DNA of 64,000 bases from Neophaeotheca triangularis (taxonomy: Eukaryota): the NCBI GenBank assembly GCA_054600435.1, contig BAAIJX010000002.1, forward strand, positions 248,001-312,000. Reading direction: 5' to 3'. Position 1 is the stretch's first letter. Every line of letters begins with the position of its first letter. Positions 56,351 to 64,000 of this stretch are shown here, one piece after another. A model generated the notes under the pieces. That model was not told the origin of the DNA. It made no database searches and saw only the letters and a list, made by a program, of their open reading frames with translations. The translations under genes and the position numbers were made by a program.

Positions 56351-59300
56351 TTCTCTCGGAAACAGAGTGGATGTGGATTGCAGGGGCCATGCTCAGCCAG
56401 GCGACGGGCTTCGGACTCCGGGAATATCTCGCATTTCGCGACTACGCTTGCTCCTGTTAGAGCGGAACAGCGTCGCCATTGTAGGTTGCTGAGACGTCGT
56501 CGTGAAAAGAATTGGAAGACGGAAAGGAAACGAGTTGATCGAGCAGCGAAAAGGGCGACACGAGACACATATATATGCTGCTTCCCGATCTTTCATCTTT
56601 TTTTTTTGAATCGCGTAGAAGGGCCGTTTCAACTTTAGCCATCTTCCTTTTCCTCGTCTCGCTATGTATTTATCCGAAGACCTGCGGTGCTTTTGGCCAA
56701 TCTCGCCGTGGCGATACCGCCGAAGGCGTCGTCTTTGGTGGTAAATCCTTCCAAAATCTCCGGCTGACCTTCCACGCCTCCCGGTAAAATGGACATACTC
56801 GCTGTAGAAACACCGAGCAAGACTGTAAGACCGCCATTCACCTACGCCTTGATCAAGTGTCTTGTTGTGAGAGACCCTCATTATTCGAACAACACCCTGT
56901 CATCGTTGTCATCTCCACCGCATTGGCACCGAGGAAGATTGACGACGCTCATCACCTAACGTTCACTTTTTCCGAACCTACCTGGAGCCTGGCCTACACA
57001 TCCCACGGCGCGATGCGTTCATCTGGCCGAACTGAAACCCCTTTACCCAAGGAAGAGCGAGCGAGTGAGTTTCCCAGCTGTAGGCACGCTCTCTCCAAGG
57101 AATTCGGCGGCCACAGAAACTCGATCAAGTGTAACAACCACCCACTCCAGCTTTGGGAACTCGTACCGCCAAAAGTACAAATCACGCCAGGGAGGCGTCG
57201 AGAAGCTTAAACATGCCAATTACAGCATGCTACACAGGTAACAGGCATAACATGGCCCCCTCCCGGCCGGATTGCGGTTTACGTTTCGCGCCGACATATC
57301 ACCGGTATTAGAGACAACTACGTCTTCAGATACATCAGCCTCGCTTGAGCCTGAATGGTCTACCAAAACACCGCTACGCGCCGGGAGAGGCATTCCCAAG
57401 CCATCCGGCATGGAAAAAAGAACCCTCGCGGCGACTTGAAAAGCACACAACTCTCTCGCGATAGATATCGCCCACCGGCGCCGCGAAGTTGTCCCTATGT
57501 ATCCCTGGCGCCGAAGACACCAAGAATTGAGATCTCGTTCAGCAGATTTCCCCGAGGACTTGGAGAAAATGGTAGGCATCTCAATGACCTCGTCGGACTC
57601 GATTCAAATGCCGCTAGGCTCAAGTGCCTGCCGCGCTACATACGAGTGCTTTGGCAAACTGGCGGCGAATGCCGCAAGCATTCTGAACCTGACGATCGCT
57701 GCTTTCGTACTCCACCAGCTCGAGGAGGGTGTGTAAGCTTGCACCGAAAGCGATCGCGGCGAGCCGATGGGTCTGTTGGGGATATTCCGTCGCACGTCCG
57801 ATCGGAGGTGTCGAGGCGTGAGCAATGGCGTGTTCCGCATACCTGCGAGGTAGGTACGATGGTTGCACGTTGCCGGGAACCATGTCTCGAGGGTCTTGCT
57901 TTGCACTCCCTAGTGTCGATGTGCTGGCGAATACAATCCCTCGTCTAGTCGTCTAGTCTCTTTGGTAAAGGCTCAGAATGAGGTCGCGGCAGTCGTTGGA
58001 CGCTAGCAGGGCATTCTCAAGAGCAAGTCGCAAGTTTTGTATCATGGGCAGAGCGCCTGGAAAGCCAGGTAAATAACAAGTCTTTACCATCTGAAGCAAA
58101 GAAAAAGCTCGAACCGCAACACATCCGCGATAAGGCGTGGGAAAGCTACCAAACTCTACGCGGCTCACTCATTAAAGAATTACTAGATGTGATACTATAC
58201 AGCTCTGCCAAAGACCTGCACGCGCCGCCACCTGTCACGAATAAAGCCCCCGCCTTCCGCCCCTCCCCTTCTAAAACCCGATCATAACTCTTCTGAACAA
58301 CAAGCCTCCTACACAAAGCCAGCACTTTACCGTTCGTTCGTTCGAAGCCGGGAATTCCGAGAGCAACACCGTCGTGGCTTGGAATCACATGATTTCAACC
58401 AAAAAGTCTCTCGTGGGGTTTCTTTGCTCGCCCGAGACGGTTTCGCGGAATTGGAGCAAGGGGGGAAGGGTTTCTGGCGTTGGAGAAATCTAGGACTGTG
58501 AGCGCGGGGATGTTGGGGGTGTGTTTTGAGGTTTGGATTGGGTGTGGTTGTGGTTTGAGGGCTAGAGGCTGCGGGGCGATAATCGTAACATCCATAGGCC
58601 TTGTATACAGGCCAAAGACGCCTTTGGACGAATAGAGGAAGCGCGCAGAAGGCGCCGCGGCTCTTATGCTAGGTGTGGTCTTGACTGTTCATGTGGATCG
58701 AATAGGAATGTTGGAGATAGGGATTCTGTTTGCAAGAGCTGTGCCCTTTTATTTAGGTTGTCTGTTTCGAACCATGGATTGCGTGGAAGCGATGAGAGTC
58801 CCAGTATTCCTTTGAGCATAGTCATAGCGAAGTGAAGCTAGTAAGGTATCATGCCTCTTGCAGTAAGATCGGTCTCCTGGGCAAAGGGCGCTTCGAGGTT
58901 CCATTGATGGCAATTAAGGTAATCTTGTAGAGAAGGAAGGCTCGCCAGCATTGACCGATAGGGCTGCCTATACTCGGCAAATAATCTCAAGCCTCTATTG
59001 CGGAACGTGGCGGAAATTGAGTTGTCTCTTGTCCGGCTTGCCCTGAAGAGGCTTGTTGTGAGACTGCAGTATTTCGAGACGAGCGATCAGACGCTTCAGT
59101 AATTAAAGGCAGTAGGCGGTTCTTGACACCGGGTGTACTGTTCCGCATCGATCATCAGCACTGGTGATCGTACTTAACTTTCGCTGGCTCGTCCGGGTCC
59201 AGGTGTCCAGGCTTGCATGTTGCGTGCCAACAGGATCGGGTGTTTCGAAGATTCGTTTGCCAAAAAGATGCCCGATGCTTGCATCCTAAGTTCCGGCGAG

Positions 59301-59449
59301 ACAATCCAGGCTTGCGGTCGAAATAAGGGGTACCGCCTTCCCTTCCGCACAGCGAATTGCACCTGCCGCGCGACATAACATCGAAGGTGATATGTTGTAC
59401 TGGACGCGAGCAAAAGGCACCAAAGTATGCCAATTTTTCCAACAGCATT

Positions 59450-60118
59450 TCACATCAAGAACTTTGGTCTTTTGGGAGCCGCAGCTTGTAAGGCTGGCTC
59501 GGTAGAATCTCGACCTCCACCCTCCCTCGCTCTTGCGCCTTCCCTTGCCTTCACGTCCTCTGCCTCCAGATTAGCCAGCATTCTTTGCTCCCGTTTCGCC
59601 GCCCTTTTCTTCCTTCCTTCTTCCAACATATCCGTTTCTTCTAACTCCTTCATAACCTCCTCCCATTCCTGTTCCTGCTTGGGATCCCCAGTGCCTAACA
59701 AGCCAGCCACATCAACCTCCTCGCCTGCTTTGACTCTTTGCACAACCTCCCTCAACAAAGATAGTTTGGCGTCCGTTTTGCGGGAGAAGTTCAGCATTTC
59801 CTTGCGCAAAGCTATGAGCTGGATGGCATTGCCGCCCACCAGAATGCCTAGAACAATGAAAATGGTGTAGGGATTCCACTCTTTTGACCGTGGAGACTCA
59901 TTGTCGCGAGCTGCGCGATTGGATGACCGGAAGGCTTTTGGGACCAAAGACGACCAGAAAGAAGGGGTCGCGACTGCGGGAAGTCGGGATTCGCTGGCTA
60001 AGAACTGGTGCGCTGTCGCAAACGGGCGGATTGGGGTCGTGCGCTGAGCCAGATGGAGCGTACATAGTTGCAAAGCAGATTTCGAGGCCTGGCCTTTCGC
60101 AAACCCCTGGGATGCCAT
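59450..60118 (-). CDS. DUF5321-family mitochondrial membrane protein
   Basis: KEWNPYTIFIVLGILVGGNAIQLIALR...LLREVVQRV..GEEVDV..LGTGDPKQEQEWEEV; presequence-like N-terminus and one TM segment. Confidence 0.8.
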   Translation of the reverse strand: MASQGFAKGQASKSALQLCTLHLAQRTTPIRPFATAHQFLASESRLPAVATPSFWSSLVPKAFRSSNRAARDNESPRSKEWNPYTIFIVLGILVGGNAIQLIALRKEMLNFSRKTDAKLSLLREVVQRVKAGEEVDVAGLLGTGDPKQEQEWEEVMKELEETDMLEEGRKKRAAKREQRMLANLEAEDVKAREGARAREGGGRDSTEPALQAAAPKRPKFLM

Positions 60119-60347
60119 GGCGTTGATTTAATGTCCTCTTATCCTGGGTCGTGCATGAAGTCTTCTAGAGGTGAGGTTCGCTGTTGCTGTGCCAACGACG
60201 AAGCCGAAGAGATCCCGAACTTCGACCACAAAGTAAACGAAGTCGTGCAGGACCGGCACTCGAGCGCTACAAGTTAATGTCTGATAGGGATATCGCCTTT
60301 CCGGATTCGATCTTATGATAGAAGTGAGGCCCAGTATCACTAATAAT

Positions 60348-63300
60348 ATGGCCGATGCAGTGAGCCAGGCAGAAGCTGTGAAAATTGCTTTACAATCTGG
60401 GATCGCAACCGTATCAACCGTCACAACATTACAAAGCCTCCTGAGTTCCGAAGTCTCCAACAAAACCAAGGGCGCCACAAACCAGAGACAAACCGGTCGC
60501 AACCCGGTACAAGGAGAGAGCGCACGATCTTCGAGAAGTGCCGCTACCCGGACGGTGAAAACCAGGAAACCTCAATCCCTAGCGATCCACGAGGACACTC
60601 CCAATATCTTGCCACCAAAACAGCGCTATGCTTTGGCTACCAGCGTTGTGAACATTTCCTTGAAAGCTCTCACGGAGGCTCTAAAGACTCGAGAGCCCTG
60701 TTTGACTACGACCGAGCCCTCCGAAACCTCGTCCGGCCCAAAGACTCCGAGACGTCCTGCCAGAACGCCTTCTTCTGCGCGAGAGCAAGCGCTTCAGCCT
60801 CGCTCGGGTAACATTACACCGAGATCTGTATCGCCAAAGCAACAACGCAAGTCACAGGATGCGCTGCAGTCCACTCATTCCAAGACTACCCAGGCCACCG
60901 CAGAGTGCGCGCGACTAGGATTCGCGTATCTTAGAGGTGTGAGCCCTGCAAAGCTCGGTGTACGGGAACTTCCGCCTTTGCAACTTGAAAATGGCATGCT
61001 ATCCCTCATTGGCAAGCTCACTGCGCACGGGCTGGATGCACTTGCGGTACGGGAGTTGCGTGCCTTGAAAAGGAGATTGGAAGCCGCCTCTGGTCGCGTT
61101 GTTCAGACACCCTCGCCCAGCACTGCGCCGGATAGCAAGCCCACCGAGACCCTCGCGACTCTCCTACACTTGGAAGTTTGCGAGAATGCCTCGCCGGACC
61201 TGCTGTGTCTCGCCTCTGCGTACCAGCTGTGCGTTTTAAAAGCGATATCCACGTCGAAGAAGCCGCGCGTCATCGAAGCTGCCGCAACTTACTTGACCCC
61301 CGAAAGCGAACTCGCCGTCTCGAAGCTCCTCCTACGTTATCTGGAGACATCTGGTGACCAATTAAAAGCAACCAAGGTGGTCGAGGACTTCTCGACTTCC
61401 TTGCTGGCCCTATGTCCAAGTGTTTCGTCGACGGCAGACAGCGCAGCTTCCGATCGCAATCGTCATCCAGATCCTAAATCAGCCTTTCGTCTGCAATGTG
61501 CAGCTTTACGGCTAAGAAAGGAAATCACTGCAGGCTCGGGAACCGACGTCGAGCGAACGGTGTTCGAGCCGTTCTCAAAATGTCTCTCGACCGTCGTCCG
61601 AAGAACAAACATGTCCAAGCCGGATGCCCATGAGCTCTATCGTCTTGCAAGTCCGTTCCAAACAGGCGTATTCAACGGTGTTTGCTCACCGATTGGGATC
61701 AAGTCATTTTCATTAGGTAGAGCGCTCTGCTCGCTGGCCGAGGAAGCGGGCCTTTTGGACGAAGCGAAAAACTGGGCGTACCAAAATCAAAATTCTTGCA
61801 GTGATCTGCCCGAGAACCATGCATTGCGGCTTGCAGCCGACGCTCGGGTAATAGCACATTTGCAACATCCGCGAGAGCAAATTGAGAAGCTGGCCGAGCT
61901 CGTGATTACGCGATTAGACGGCAGCTGCAGCGACTACGAGGTCTTGGTCGAGGAGCTTGCTCGCCTGTCTTACACCTCTAAGCCAGGGTTCAGCGAGCTC
62001 TATGTCTCTTCGCTATCACTCGCGGCTGCCAGGTTTGCTCAACGTTTCGCCAGAGCCTACCCGCTGAAATCTAATGAGGTTGTTCGCGCTGTCATACAAA
62101 CGGCGCTCATCCACCATGGCCAAACGCCCACCTCTGAAACCGAATGGATCTCCAAAGACACGATCGAGGTCTTCGTACAAGCCGGAATAGTCGAAAATTT
62201 GGCCGGTCTGGCCAATACGCAACCTTTGAAACAAGTCTGGCAATCTTCACGAGATGCCTTGTGCTTCGATCGAGCTGTAGGTTTGCTGGTTCGCCGGTGT
62301 TTACGGACGTCAACGAAGCTCGATCTGCAAGGTTGGCAGCTATCGCCAGAAGCTAGAGGTATACTGCTAGAATGCCAGTTTGGGCATCTTCCCGCACTGG
62401 CTCACAAGGCAAAATACTATGGAATGTTCACCTCGATGCTTGATTCTATCTTGCGAGAACTGTCGGTGGTGTATGCTCCGGATGCGTTCCCTCTACGTCG
62501 AACGAGGGTCGCCACAGCCGTCTATCAATTACACACCGAATATCCGACGTTGATGTCGGCCGAGACGCTCGAGCTTTGGCAAAGCTGTCTTCAATTGACA
62601 GAGGAAGGCGAACTTGAGCACGACCAGGGGTTGCTACCGTTAATGGACGACATCCGATCTTCATTGGCTATGGTCCGATTGTTGCAGGATCGGCGACCCT
62701 CCGCAGTAGACCTAGGCCTTCATCTCCAGTCTTGGAATGCAATCATGACTGAATCGACAACAACCGAGCAATTAGTGACTCGTATCAACGACCCAGACTT
62801 GTTAATCTGCCTACTGAGAGCCGCGGCATCGGTTACCAGAATGATGGGAGACGAAAATACAAGCTCGAAGGTCTTGCGGCTCAGGGTCGAAATGCACAAG
62901 AGACTTGGGTCGAGGCATTTGTCTCAAGAACACGCTTGTTCCGCTTCGCTTGATTTGGCGGATTGCTACCTCCAACAGGGGTACGCCGAAAGCGCTGAGT
63001 CGGTTCTGGAGGCGGTGAGGGAGTCGTTTGCCGGAAATTTAGATGACGTCCTCCTACGATTGCGCTACGAAATAGCTCGCTCCGATCTACTTCTTTCCAT
63101 TGATCGACCTGAGGCCGCACGTTCAAATCTGGAGCAAACCATGGCTCTTCGCAATGAGCTCCCTGCGAGCAAGGTGCCAAGATCGCAGCGCCGGTCCTAC
63201 GAGCTGGTTCATGCTCGTGGCTGGTTGATGTACTCTCGCTATCTCCTCGCAAGCGGGTCAGCGCATGACGCGGTGATCGCGAGCAAGAGGAGCATGAGAC

Positions 63301-64000
63301 TCTTCAACTCGATCTGGAAGCATGTTGATGGGAATGCGGGGACGAAACCTACTGAGAATACTGCAGATGAACCAGAACCAGAACCAGAGCAGGCTGACAT
63401 TGGTCGCCTTGCAAGTGGAATCAAGAAATTACAGCTTACGGACGGCTCTAAGAAAGATGAAAAGTCACAGGAACTCAAAGGAGCCTCCTACTGGCCCATA
63501 CTTCCGAATCTCTGTCAGTCATTTCTGCATCTTTCGGCGCTATACTGTCACTATGGTCAGTACTCGGAGGCCAACTTCTACTGCGAATCTGCGCTTAAAC
63601 TTGCCGAATCGGTGGCCTCCAAGGCAATGTGTTCGAGCATCAGGTCTCGTCGAGCCCAGCTACTCATTCTTGCCGGACGGTTGGAAGAAGCCGAACTTTG
63701 TCTTTCTGCTGTCGGAGACGGTGTGGAGGAGCCATCGATCGTTTCTGTTGACAGACTTCGTGCCGTAGCTGCCTTGAAGCTGAAAGAAGGAGACGCGTAC
63801 GAGGCATCATCTCTACTCCGGCAGGCTGGCGATTTAGTTCAAACACTGGTTTCCAGGTCCCCTGTAAACACGTCAAAAAGTTCTACGAGCAACGATTCTA
63901 AAAGCTCTGCTCAGAAGACGGTCCGAAAATCCACTAAAAGCGCCCCGAGTAGGACGACTTCCAAGCCCGCTCCAAAGACCAGTCGTACACAGCCGGCGGT
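60348..64000 (+). CDS. ESP1: Separase (Esp1/BimB/Cut1), N-terminal part; runs off the window end
   Basis: Frame from ATG 60348 appears open toward the window end; I translated the N-terminal part in detail. RYALATSVVNISLKALTEA, TAECARLGFAYL and LQLENGMLSLIGKL..HGL..LAVRELRALKRRLE resemble filamentous-fungal separase N-termini. The C50 protease domain would lie beyond the window. Confidence 0.8.
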   Translation, partial: MADAVSQAEAVKIALQSGIATVSTVTTLQSLLSSEVSNKTKGATNQRQTGRNPVQGESARSSRSAATRTVKTRKPQSLAIHEDTPNILPPKQRYALATSVVNISLKALTEALKTREPCLTTTEPSETSSGPKTPRRPARTPSSAREQALQPRSGNITPRSVSPKQQRKSQDALQSTHSKTTQATAECARLGFAYLRGVSPAKLGVRELPPLQLENGMLSLIGKLTAHGLDALAVRELRALKRRLEAASGRVVQTPSPSTAPDSKPTETLATLLHLEVCENASPDLLCLASAYQLCVLKAISTSKKPRVIEAAATYLTPESELAVSKLLLRYLETSGDQLKATKVVEDFSTSLLALCPSVSSTADSAASDRNRHPDPKSAFRLQCAALRLRKEITAGSGTDVERTVFEPFSKCLSTVVRRTNMSKPDAHELYRLASPFQTGVFNGVCSPIGIKSFSLGRALCSLAEEAGLLDEAKNWAYQNQNSCSDLPENHALRLAADARVIAHLQHPREQIEKLAELVITRLDGSCSDYEVLVEELARLSYTSKPGFSELYVSSLSLAAARFAQRFARAYPLKSNEVVRAVIQTALIHHGQTPTSETEWISKDTIEVFVQAGIVENLAGLANTQPLKQVWQSSRDALCFDRAVGLLVRRCLRTSTKLDLQGWQLSPEARGILLECQFGHLPALAHKAKYYGMFTSMLDSILRELSVVYAPDAFPLRRTRVATAVYQLHTEYPTLMSAETLELWQSCLQLTEEGELEHDQGLLPLMDDIRSSLAMVRLLQDRRPSAVDLGLHLQSWNAIMTESTTTEQLVTRINDPDLLICLLRAAASVTRMMGDENTSSKVLRLRVEMHKRLGSRHLSQEHACSASLDLADCYLQQGYAESAESVLEAVRESFAGNLDDVLLRLRYEIARSDLLLSIDRPEAARSNLEQTMALRNELPASKVPRSQRRSYELVHARGWLMYSRYLLASGSAHDAVIASKRSMRLFNSIWKHVDGNAGTKPTENTADEPEPEPEQADIGRLASGIKKLQLTDGSKKDEKSQELKGASYWPILPNLCQSFLHLSALYCHYGQYSEANFYCESALKLAESVASKAMCSSIRSRRAQLLILAGRLEEAELCLSAVGDGVEEPSIVSVDRLRAVAALKLKEGDAYEASSLLRQAGDLVQTLVSRSPVNTSKSSTSNDSKSSAQKTVRKSTKSAPSRTTSKPAPKTSRTQPA

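Noticed and set aside
57240..57270. CATGGCCCC resembling part of U6 snRNA
   Set aside because: No ACAGAGA box or downstream U6 sequence.

Overview
Gene-dense eukaryotic window from a filamentous ascomycete. Short GT-AG introns with CTRAC-like branch points are seen directly; a Dothideomycete-like origin is my impression only. About 26 protein-coding genes can be supported, mostly housekeeping: GPI14 (partial), an AT-hook/EVE protein, fumarylacetoacetase, JIP5, a Sip1/GH36 enzyme, SAM37/metaxin, PRP17, ERV14, RCF1, ILV1, a WD40/coiled-coil protein, a class I cAMP phosphodiesterase, DUF3405, an alpha/beta hydrolase, 6-phosphogluconolactonase, a Myb/SANT-like protein, YwbE-UBZ, CWC22, an OXNAD1-like oxidoreductase, a COL-26/AmyR-type Zn2Cys6 factor, DUF5321 and separase (partial). 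I found no tRNA, rRNA, transposon, CRISPR or biosynthetic cluster. The best leads are: a WD40 protein resembling NEDD1/GCP-WD; a small gene missed by the ORF track with a possible microexon or recursive-splicing intron; recurrent C/A-to-G/T strand-skew switches independent of gene orientation; a His-rich uORF cluster and pseudo-receiver domain at the phosphodiesterase; and a GC-AG intron in fumarylacetoacetase. All family calls come from motif recognition from memory, not from database searches.
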